Shown: positions 18,808 to 26,279 of the stretch, one piece after another
Layout of the letters: each line of letters begins with the position of its first letter
How positions within the stretch are numbered: position 1 is the first letter of the stretch
From: a virus
Length of the DNA stretch: 26,279 bases
Reading direction: 5' to 3' (one strand)
Virus genome (UHGV): UHGV-0017443
Position numbers and translations under genes: made by a program
The notes under the pieces: generated by a model
Told to the model about the DNA's origin: nothing
Databases searched by the model: none
The model's input: only the letters and a program-made list of their open reading frames with translations

Positions 18808-19285
18808 TTTAGTTCTTGCGGCATTACGTAAGCTCGGTGTGGCATCAAATGCCACGTTAACCGATGTCGAACCTCAGTCTATGGAAGACGGCGTCAACGA
18901 CCTTGAAATGATGATGGCTGAATGGCTTGGAGGTGATGCGTCACCTGGTATCAACGTTGGCTACATTTTCGCTGATGCAGATGTCGCTCCAGATCCGGGC
19001 GATGAGCACGGTTTATCAAATAACGCTATCAATTCCGTCATTTTCAACCTTGCCTGCCGCATTGCTCCAGATTATGCGCTGGAAGCGTCTGCAAAACTTA
19101 TAACCACTGCCAGATACGGGAAAGAGCGACTCGTCAAACTGTCTGCAATGGACAGAGCAAAAGCCGCTAAATGTAAGTCCGGTTATCCAAACCGTATGCC
19201 TGTTGGTAGCGGTAATCAGTTGGCGAAGTGGAACGGTTGGAATTACTTCCACCGGAAGGAACCTTGCGATAACGGGGGCGAATAA
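18785..19285 (+). CDS. Head-completion / tail-accessory protein (P22 gp4-like)
   Basis: Internal Met of the 18650..19285 ORF gives [41 protein letters not shown]... (166 aa), matching P22 gp4 (...[30 protein letters not shown]...). Confidence 0.85.
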
Positions 19286-20704
19286 ATGCCGATTCAGCAA
19301 CTTCCGCTTATGAAAGGTGTCGGCAAAGATTTCCGAAACGCCGACTACATCGACTATCTGCCAGTGAATATGCTGGCTACACCCAAAGAAATACTCAACA
19401 GCAGCGGATATCTTCGCTCATTCCCGGGCATTGCCAAACGCTCTGATGTGAACGGTGTATCGCGCGGCGTCGAGTACAACATGGCGCAGAATGCTGTCTA
19501 TCGTGTGTGTGGCGGCAAGCTCTACAAAGGCGAAAGCGAAGTCGGTGACGTCGCCGGAAGTGGTCGCGTATCAATGGCGCATGGTCGAACATCTCAGGCT
19601 GTAGGCGTTAATGGTCAACTGGTTGAGTATCGCTATGATGGCACGGTTAAAACCGTCTCAAACTGGCCTACAGACAGCGGATTTACGCAGTATGAGTTAG
19701 GTTCGGTTCGCGACATTACGCGCTTACGTGGGCGTTATGCGTGGTCAAAAGACGGAACTGATTCATGGTTTATCACTGACCTTGAAGACGAATCGCATCC
19801 TGACCGATACAGCGCACAATATCGTGCAGAGTCGCAGCCTGACGGCATCATCGGCATAGGTACATGGCGAGACTTCATAGTCTGCTTTGGTTCGTCGACG
19901 ATTGAATATTTCTCCCTGACTGGTGCAACCACTGTTGGGGCTGCTCTGTATGTCGCACAGCCATCGCTGATGGTGCAGAAAGGCATTGCCGGGACTTACT
20001 GCAAAACGCCGTTTGCTGACTCGTATGCGTTCATCAGCAATCCGGCAACAGGTGCGCCGTCTGTATACATCATCGGCTCCGGTCAGGTGTCACCAATCGC
20101 CAGCGCGAGCATTGAGAAAATCCTCCGCTCCTACACTGCTGATGAACTGGCTGATGGTGTGATGGAATCGCTGCGATTTGATGCTCATGAGTTGCTGATT
20201 ATCCACCTTCCGCGCCATGTTCTCGTGTACGACGCATCTTCAAGCGCCAATGGTCCGCAATGGTGTGTGTTGAAAACAGGCCTGTATGACGATGTGTACC
20301 GCGCTATCGACTTCATTTACGAAGGAAATCAGATAACGTGCGGCGACAAACTGGAATCGGTGACCGGGAAATTGCAATTCGACATCAGCAGCCAGTACGA
20401 CAAGCAACAGGAACATCTGCTGTTTACTCCTCTGTTCAAAGCGGATAACGCCAGAGTTTTCGACCTTGAAGTTGAATCGTCAACTGGAGTTGCGCAGTAT
20501 GCTGACCGCCTTTTTCTCTCTGCAACCACTGACGGCATCAATTACGGGCGTGAGCAGATGATTGAGCAGAATGAACCGTTCGTTTACGACAAGCGTGTTC
20601 TGTGGAAGCGAGTAGGGCGCATCAGGAAAAATGTCGGCTTCAAATTGCGCGTTATCACGAAGTCACCTGTCACTCTGTCTGGCGCTCAGATAAGGATTGA
20701 GTAA
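19286..20704 (+). CDS. Tail-accessory protein (P22 gp10-like)
   Basis: 472 aa, same length and position as P22 gp10. Confidence 0.8.
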   Translation: MPIQQLPLMKGVGKDFRNADYIDYLPVNMLATPKEILNSSGYLRSFPGIAKRSDVNGVSRGVEYNMAQNAVYRVCGGKLYKGESEVGDVAGSGRVSMAHGRTSQAVGVNGQLVEYRYDGTVKTVSNWPTDSGFTQYELGSVRDITRLRGRYAWSKDGTDSWFITDLEDESHPDRYSAQYRAESQPDGIIGIGTWRDFIVCFGSSTIEYFSLTGATTVGAALYVAQPSLMVQKGIAGTYCKTPFADSYAFISNPATGAPSVYIIGSGQVSPIASASIEKILRSYTADELADGVMESLRFDAHELLIIHLPRHVLVYDASSSANGPQWCVLKTGLYDDVYRAIDFIYEGNQITCGDKLESVTGKLQFDISSQYDKQQEHLLFTPLFKADNARVFDLEVESSTGVAQYADRLFLSATTDGINYGREQMIEQNEPFVYDKRVLWKRVGRIRKNVGFKLRVITKSPVTLSGAQIRIE

Positions 20705-21552
20705 TGGCTGATTCGAATCTCAACACCCCTGTTATTGTGCAGGCGACGCGGCTCGATACATCAATCCTCCCACGCAATATCTTCTCGCAGTCGTATCTGC
20801 TTTACGTTATCGCACAGGGCACTGATGTTGGTAACGTGGCTAACAAGGCCAACGAGGCCGGACAGGGCGCTTATGATGCACAGGTCAGGAACGATGAGCA
20901 GGATGTTATTCTGGTCGATCACGAAATTCGACTGGCATCAGCTGAAGCGAAGATACAGGACCACGAAACAAGGATCACTAACGCAGAAGCAGCGATAGTC
21001 AGCCTTGACTCACGATTAACGACAGCAGAAAACGATATTGATTATCTGACGGATGAAGTTGTCGCCATTCAAAACACGCTCTCAGACCATGAAACGCGCA
21101 TCGATGCTCTTGAGTATGCCACTACTCGTAAGAAATCAGAGGTTGTTTACTCTGGCGTATCAGTAACCATCCCGACAGCACCTACTAACCTTGTTGGCCT
21201 GCTGAAAACACTCACGCCGTCATCCGGCACGCTGGCACCATTCTTCGACACCGTTAACAACAAGATGGTTGTGTTCAACGAGAACAAAACCTTGTTCTTC
21301 AAGTTGTCGATTGTCGGGACGTGGCCCAGTGGAACCGCAAACAGGTCAATGCAGCTAACCTTTTCCGGCTCTGTTCCTGACACACTGGTAAGCAGTCGTA
21401 ATGCGGCGACAACAACCGACAACATCCTGTTAGCTACGTTCTTCAGCGTGGATAAAGACGGCTTTCTTGCCACAAATGGCAGTACGTTAACCATTCAGTC
21501 AAATGGTGCGGCGTTTACTGCCACAACCATCAAGATAATCGCGGAGCAGTGA
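20704..21552 (+). CDS. Tail needle (P22 gp26-like) with an extended C-terminal domain
   Basis: N-terminus [43 protein letters not shown] matches the gp26 N-terminal tip and coiled coil; 282 aa versus about 233 in P22, with a distinct beta-rich C-terminus. Confidence 0.8.
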   Translation: MADSNLNTPVIVQATRLDTSILPRNIFSQSYLLYVIAQGTDVGNVANKANEAGQGAYDAQVRNDEQDVILVDHEIRLASAEAKIQDHETRITNAEAAIVSLDSRLTTAENDIDYLTDEVVAIQNTLSDHETRIDALEYATTRKKSEVVYSGVSVTIPTAPTNLVGLLKTLTPSSGTLAPFFDTVNNKMVVFNENKTLFFKLSIVGTWPSGTANRSMQLTFSGSVPDTLVSSRNAATTTDNILLATFFSVDKDGFLATNGSTLTIQSNGAAFTATTIKIIAEQ

Positions 21553-22007
21553 TGATTCAGTTCAAACCAACGCGAAACATCGACCTGATAGAAGCCGTGG
21601 GAAATCACCCTGACATTATCGCCGGGAGCAACAACGGTGATGGATACGACTACAAACCTGATTGCCGTTACTTTGAGGTGAACGTGCACGGGCAGTTCGG
21701 CGGCATTGTTTACTATCAGGAGATTCAGCCGCTGACATTCGATTGCCACGCCATGTACCTGCCAGAGATTCGCGGCTTCAGCAAGGAAATCGGGCTGGCG
21801 TTCTGGCGATACATTCTGGCTAACACCACCGTTCAGTGCGTCACATCGTTCGCTGCACGCAAATTCCGCCACGGGCAGATGTACTGCGCAATGATTGGCC
21901 TTAAGCGTGTAGGAACCATCAAGAAATACTTCAAAGGCGTGGATGACGTGACATTTTACAGTGCTACACGCGAAGAACTAATCGACTTCCTGAATCACGG
22001 GAGATAG
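21549..22007 (+). CDS. gp14-like head/tail assembly protein
   Basis: 152 aa; position between the needle and ejection genes as P22 gene 14; assignment is mainly positional. Confidence 0.55.
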   Translation: MMIQFKPTRNIDLIEAVGNHPDIIAGSNNGDGYDYKPDCRYFEVNVHGQFGGIVYYQEIQPLTFDCHAMYLPEIRGFSKEIGLAFWRYILANTTVQCVTSFAARKFRHGQMYCAMIGLKRVGTIKKYFKGVDDVTFYSATREELIDFLNHGR

Positions 22008-22009
22008 CC

Positions 22010-22702
22010 ATGTTATATGCATTTAAGCTGGGCAGAAAACTGCGCGGCGAGGAACCTTATTGCCCTGAAAAAGGCGGGAAAGGTGGCAGCTCTGATAAAA
22101 GCGCAAAGTATGCAGCAGAAGCTCAGAAGTATGCCGCAGACCTGCAAAATCAGCAGTGGCAGACGATCATGAAAAACCTTGCTCCGTTCACGCCTCTTGC
22201 GGAGCAGTATGTTAACCAGCTTCAGAACCTTTCCAGTTTAGAAGGTCAGGGGCAGGCACTTAATCAGTATTACAACTCTCAGCAGTATAAAGACCTTGCA
22301 GGTCAGGCTCGTTACCAGAGTCTTACTGCTGCGGAGGCGACGGGGGGACTTGGTTCGACAGCCACAAGCAATCAACTGGCTACGATCGCGCCGACTCTCG
22401 GTCAGTCTTGGTTATCAAACCAGATGAGCAATTACAACAATCTGGCAAACGTTGGGCTTGGTGCGCTGCAAGGTCAGGCAAACGCCGGGCAGACATACGC
22501 CAACAACATGAGCAGCATTGCACAGCAAAGCGCAGCACTTGCCGCTGCTAATGCCAATAAACCATCAAGTCTTCAGACTGCAATTAGCGGTGGCACGTCT
22601 GGTGCGATTGCCGGTGCAGGTCTTGCCAGCCTTTTGGGAACATCAACGCCTTGGGGCGCTGGCATTGGTGCTGGTATCGGATTGCTTGGCTCGTTGTTTT
22701 AA
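22010..22702 (+). CDS. Ejection protein (P22 gp7-like)
   Basis: 230 aa, Gly/Ala/Gln-rich with hydrophobic C-terminus; MLYAFKLGRKLRGEEPYCPEKGGKG resembles P22 gp7. Confidence 0.8.
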   Translation: MLYAFKLGRKLRGEEPYCPEKGGKGGSSDKSAKYAAEAQKYAADLQNQQWQTIMKNLAPFTPLAEQYVNQLQNLSSLEGQGQALNQYYNSQQYKDLAGQARYQSLTAAEATGGLGSTATSNQLATIAPTLGQSWLSNQMSNYNNLANVGLGALQGQANAGQTYANNMSSIAQQSAALAAANANKPSSLQTAISGGTSGAIAGAGLASLLGTSTPWGAGIGAGIGLLGSLF

Positions 22703-22711
22703 GGGGTAATC

Positions 22712-24100
22712 ATGGCTACTTGGCAAGGAACAAACGGCGGATTGTTGGCTGGTATCGGCGGCGTCAACTCAAACGCTCCGAGCGTAAATGACATCGGCAA
22801 TACGCTTCAGCTTATCAGGCAGAACAATGATATTGAGCGTTCAGGCGCTAACAATGTTGGGCTGACTGCTTTGCAAGGCCTTTCAGGTATTGCGGGGGTG
22901 TTTCAGCAGGAAAAGCAGGCTCAGCGGCAGAAAGAATTTCAGCAGGCATACGCTAATGCTTATGCGTCTGGTGATCGCGGTGCTTTGCGTCAGTTGGCTA
23001 CTCAATATCCAGACCAGATTGAATCCGTTCGTAAAGGCATGGGATTCATTGATGAAGACCAGCGTAATTCTATCGGCACCTTAGCGGCTGGCGCACGCCT
23101 TGCGTCATCGTCTCCAGAAGCAATGCAATCATGGCTGCAAAACAACGCCAAGGAACTGACTCGCGTCGGTGTTGACCCTAACAGCGTTGCTCAGATGTAT
23201 CAGCAGAATCCTTCAGGATTTGGTGAGTTTGTTGATCACCTTGGGATGGCTGCTCTCGGTCCGATTGACTACTTCAATGTTCAGGACAAGATGGCTGGTC
23301 GTGAGATTGACCGAGGCAGACTGGCAGAGACAATCCGCAGCAATCAGGCAGGAGAGGCACTAACAGCACGAGGTCAGAACATCACGATGCGAGGTCAGGA
23401 CTTATCTGCTTCTACTGCGCGACGAGGTCAGGATTTGGCAATGCAGCGAGCGTCAACAAGACGAATCGCTGGGAATGATGAGCGTACAGTTCAGTTATCA
23501 GATGGCAGAACTGTAACGGTAGGCGGGAAGCTTCACGGCGCTGGGGCTAATGCGTTCTACGAAGGCATCGACAACGAGGGGAATATGGTTCGCGTTCCTG
23601 CCAGTTCAATCGCAGCGCCTGCAACATCGTCTGCATCAGCACAAAACTATGCCATGAAGAAGGATATCGACGCGATCGCAAATGCAGACGCTTCTGCTCT
23701 CGATTTCATGACAGGAATGACAGGCGGTGCAGGTAATCCAGCAATTGGTGCTGATGTTCGCAGCCGATTAACAGGAAAAGAGCAGCGCCAGTTATATAAC
23801 TCAGCACAACGTATTCAGGGCAGAATGCAGAATCAGGGTGTGGCGGCAGCAAGGGACATGGGTGCCAGTGGTATTAACACCGTTGCAGAAGCGAAGATGT
23901 ATTTTCAGGGGATGCCGCAGGTTGACTATTCAAGCCCGGAGGCTATGCAGCAGTCGATTCGTGAGATTCAGGAATACACCAACAATTACAACCAACAATA
24001 TAACGTTAATGTTGGTAAATCTCAGCGGCAGCAATCTCAACCTGCACAGGTATCACAGCCAGCAGCCAGCAGTAACTTTTCTTCACTATGGGGTGATTAA
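22712..24100 (+). CDS. Ejection protein (P22 gp20-like)
   Basis: 462 aa, position and composition as P22 gp20. Confidence 0.8.
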   Translation: MATWQGTNGGLLAGIGGVNSNAPSVNDIGNTLQLIRQNNDIERSGANNVGLTALQGLSGIAGVFQQEKQAQRQKEFQQAYANAYASGDRGALRQLATQYPDQIESVRKGMGFIDEDQRNSIGTLAAGARLASSSPEAMQSWLQNNAKELTRVGVDPNSVAQMYQQNPSGFGEFVDHLGMAALGPIDYFNVQDKMAGREIDRGRLAETIRSNQAGEALTARGQNITMRGQDLSASTARRGQDLAMQRASTRRIAGNDERTVQLSDGRTVTVGGKLHGAGANAFYEGIDNEGNMVRVPASSIAAPATSSASAQNYAMKKDIDAIANADASALDFMTGMTGGAGNPAIGADVRSRLTGKEQRQLYNSAQRIQGRMQNQGVAAARDMGASGINTVAEAKMYFQGMPQVDYSSPEAMQQSIREIQEYTNNYNQQYNVNVGKSQRQQSQPAQVSQPAASSNFSSLWGD

Positions 24101-26109
24101 TGGCTAAAGCATGGAAAGATGTTATCGCCTCTCCACAGTATCAGGCGTTAGCACCAGAACAAAAAGCGCAGGCTCAGGAGCAATACTTCAATGAAGTCGT
24201 TGCCCCGCAAGCCGGAGAAAATGCAGAGCAGGCTAAGCAAGCTTTCTATGCTGCCTATCCATTGCCATCTGTGCAGCCAGTGGAGACACAACAACCAGTA
24301 GCACAGCAACAACCACAGCAAAGTGGATTTATGTCTGATCTTGGTGAAGCAGTAAAAGAGACTGGTCGCGGACTGGTGCAGGCTGGCGTGAACGTGGCAA
24401 ACATACCTGCATCAGTTGCCGATGCTGTAACAAGCGCGGCGGCTTGGGCTGGCGGTAAACTCGGAATTGGCGATGGGACATATCACCCAGCGCCACGAGT
24501 AACAACGCAGGGATTAGAGCAGGACTTTGGCCTTCAGCAAGGCGCGCTGACTCCACAAACTACAGAGGGCAGGGTATTTGCTGAGGCATTGCCTTACCTC
24601 ACTCCTGCTGGCATTGAGAGAGCGGCAACACAGGCACCAACACTCGCTGGTAGAATCGCTCAGGGTGCAACTCGCCTTCTCGCTGAAAACGCAGTCGGGT
24701 CACTTGCTGCAAATAGTGCGAAAGATGATGCGAAAGATGATGCGGAAGCACTCGCTACCGATTTAGGCGTTGGCGTTCTGGCTGGCGGCGCTATTAACGC
24801 TGCCGGACGTGGATTAGGCGCTGCTTATCGTGGCGTTCGTGGTGCTATTGCACCAGAAGCGCAGCAAGCTATCAGATTTGCAGAGCGTGAAGGAGTGCCT
24901 CTGCACACCACAGACCTGTTACAGCCTACTTCCCGCGTCGGGAAAATGGCGCAGACTACAGCAGAAAATATCCCCCTGGCTGGCACAAGCGGAATGAGAG
25001 CAACGCAACAGGAAGCGAGAAGTCAGTTGGTGCAGAGATTTGCTGATAAATTCGGCGAGTACGATCCGGCAGTTGTTATTGACAGCCTTAAAGCGAAAAC
25101 ATCAGGAATTCGTCGTGCCGCCGGTAATCGACTGGAGCAGGTTCAGAATGCTATGGCTGGAGTAAACATTCAGCCTGCGCGAGCAATTCAGCAGATTGAT
25201 ACAGAAATATCTAATCTGCAGAAGCTTGGTAAGGTCGCTGATAACGAGACTATTTCAAAACTTCAGTCATATCGTGATGAGCTTGTTCGCAATGCTGGTC
25301 CTGATGGTCCGGTAAATCTGGACTTGAAGCAATTAAGCGATCTGCGCAGCCAGTTCAGAATGGACGTGAAGGGTGAGCGACCAGTGTTACCAAACCGTTC
25401 CGATGCCGCCATTCAGCGCGTTTACAAGGCGATGACCGACGATATCAATGGTGCCATTGGTCAGAATCTTGGCAACGATACTCTCCGTAAATATCAGCAG
25501 GCCAATGCCGTCTACGCTGACGAAGCGGCGAAACTCAAGAATACCAGGCTGAAGAATGTTCTCATGAAAGGCGATCTGACGCCGGAAGTTGTCAATAACA
25601 TGCTATTCAGCAAGAACAAATCTGAAATTAAGACACTGTATAACTCAGTTGGTCGTGTTGGCAGGGCGCAAATGCGCAATGGCATCATTGGAAAGGCGAT
25701 AGAGAAATCAGGTGGTTCACCTGATCAGTTCCTTCGACAGCTTAACATCCTGCAAAACCAGACTGGCATCACATTTAAGGGGCAGGACGCTGCTTATCTG
25801 AAAGGATTGAAAAACTACCTGCAATCCACGCAGCAGGCTGCAAAAGCGGCAGTAACAACACCAACAGGGCAGCAAACCATCCCGTTCATTATCGGGTATG
25901 GGACGGCAATGAACCCGGCGACAACTGGCGCAGCGGTAAGCTACGGACTTCTTACTCGCGCCTATGAGAGCGAACCATTCAGAAATGCAATGCTCCGAAT
26001 GGCAAACACCCCACGCGGATCAACAGCCTTTGAGAAAGCAATGCAGCAGGCACAAAAGGCAATTAACGCTCTGACGCAGGGGGCTAAGTCTGATGCGTTG
26101 TCAGAATAG
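24100..26109 (+). CDS. Ejection protein (P22 gp16-like)
   Basis: 669 aa, last gene of the ejection-protein trio; longer than P22 gp16 (about 609 aa). Confidence 0.8.
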   Translation: MAKAWKDVIASPQYQALAPEQKAQAQEQYFNEVVAPQAGENAEQAKQAFYAAYPLPSVQPVETQQPVAQQQPQQSGFMSDLGEAVKETGRGLVQAGVNVANIPASVADAVTSAAAWAGGKLGIGDGTYHPAPRVTTQGLEQDFGLQQGALTPQTTEGRVFAEALPYLTPAGIERAATQAPTLAGRIAQGATRLLAENAVGSLAANSAKDDAKDDAEALATDLGVGVLAGGAINAAGRGLGAAYRGVRGAIAPEAQQAIRFAEREGVPLHTTDLLQPTSRVGKMAQTTAENIPLAGTSGMRATQQEARSQLVQRFADKFGEYDPAVVIDSLKAKTSGIRRAAGNRLEQVQNAMAGVNIQPARAIQQIDTEISNLQKLGKVADNETISKLQSYRDELVRNAGPDGPVNLDLKQLSDLRSQFRMDVKGERPVLPNRSDAAIQRVYKAMTDDINGAIGQNLGNDTLRKYQQANAVYADEAAKLKNTRLKNVLMKGDLTPEVVNNMLFSKNKSEIKTLYNSVGRVGRAQMRNGIIGKAIEKSGGSPDQFLRQLNILQNQTGITFKGQDAAYLKGLKNYLQSTQQAAKAAVTTPTGQQTIPFIIGYGTAMNPATTGAAVSYGLLTRAYESEPFRNAMLRMANTPRGSTAFEKAMQQAQKAINALTQGAKSDALSE

Positions 26110-26182
26110 CTTTTCAAACACCAGGAACGTGCAAAAACCAAATATGTAGAACGCAATATTCATCATATCTCTTTGCATAAAT
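26105..26182 (-). CDS. Possible 25-aa hydrophobic micro-ORF downstream of the Mnt-like gene
   Basis: Minus-strand GGAGGA SD then ATG; MQRDMMNIAFYIFGFCTFLVFEKLF; overlaps the gene 16 stop convergently. Speculative. Confidence 0.2.
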
Positions 26183-26198
26183 CCTCCGTAACTGATGG

Positions 26199-26279
26199 TT
26201 AGCTGCTGTCTTTTTTATATAGCTCCTTGAGCGTATCAAAGACAATTTTCTTAACCATATCAGATTGTTGTTCTGCCAT
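26199..26279 (-). CDS. mnt: 3' end of an Mnt-like (immI-type) repressor gene, truncated by the right window edge
   Basis: Minus-strand translation ...AEQQSDMVKKIVFDTLKELYKKDSS* resembles the C-terminal tetramerisation helix of P22 Mnt (...DEQSELVKKMVFDTLKDLYKKTT) as I recall it; the gene start lies outside the window. Confidence 0.45.
   Translation of the reverse strand: MAEQQSDMVKKIVFDTLKELYKKDSS

Noticed and set aside
25962-26156. Minus-strand 64-aa ORF overlapping the end of gene 16
   Set aside because: No SD, and it overlaps gene 16 antisense; only the downstream 25-aa micro-ORF with a GGAGGA SD was kept, as a low-confidence note.

Overview
This window reads as a mosaic lambdoid prophage, probably enterobacterial, running from the immunity region to the DNA-ejection genes. 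All names below come from my recall of phage lambda and P22 protein and site sequences; no database search was run, so every 'lambda-like' or 'P22-like' call needs BLAST/HMM confirmation. Left to right: a lambda-type N antiterminator with nutL and a leftward early promoter (minus strand); an immunity region with an LexA-like (S24) CI repressor followed by an overlapping small membrane-protein ORF in the position lambda uses for rexAB, then a Cro-like gene, nutR and a CII homologue; a replication module with an O-like initiator carrying internal iterons plus a DnaB-family helicase; a nin-type region (NinB, NinD, NinF, an Rha/ANT antirepressor-like gene, a YbcO-like protein, RusA, NinH-like) ending in a lambda-type Q; a late promoter followed by an inserted HNH endonuclease gene, the retained late-leader terminator and two tRNA-like genes; a lambda-type S-R-Rz/Rz1 lysis cassette; four small unknown ORFs; and a P22-type virion module (small and large terminase, portal, scaffold, coat, gp4, gp10, tail needle, gp14, gp7, gp20, gp16). 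The window ends in the 3' end of a convergent Mnt-like gene. The best candidates for something undescribed are the small membrane protein co-transcribed with cI, the HNH gene sitting inside the late-operon leader, a small protein with a perfect (GAGCCA)13 repeat between coat and gp4, and the unknown ORF cluster between lysis and terminase. No CRISPR array, rRNA or integrase is present.
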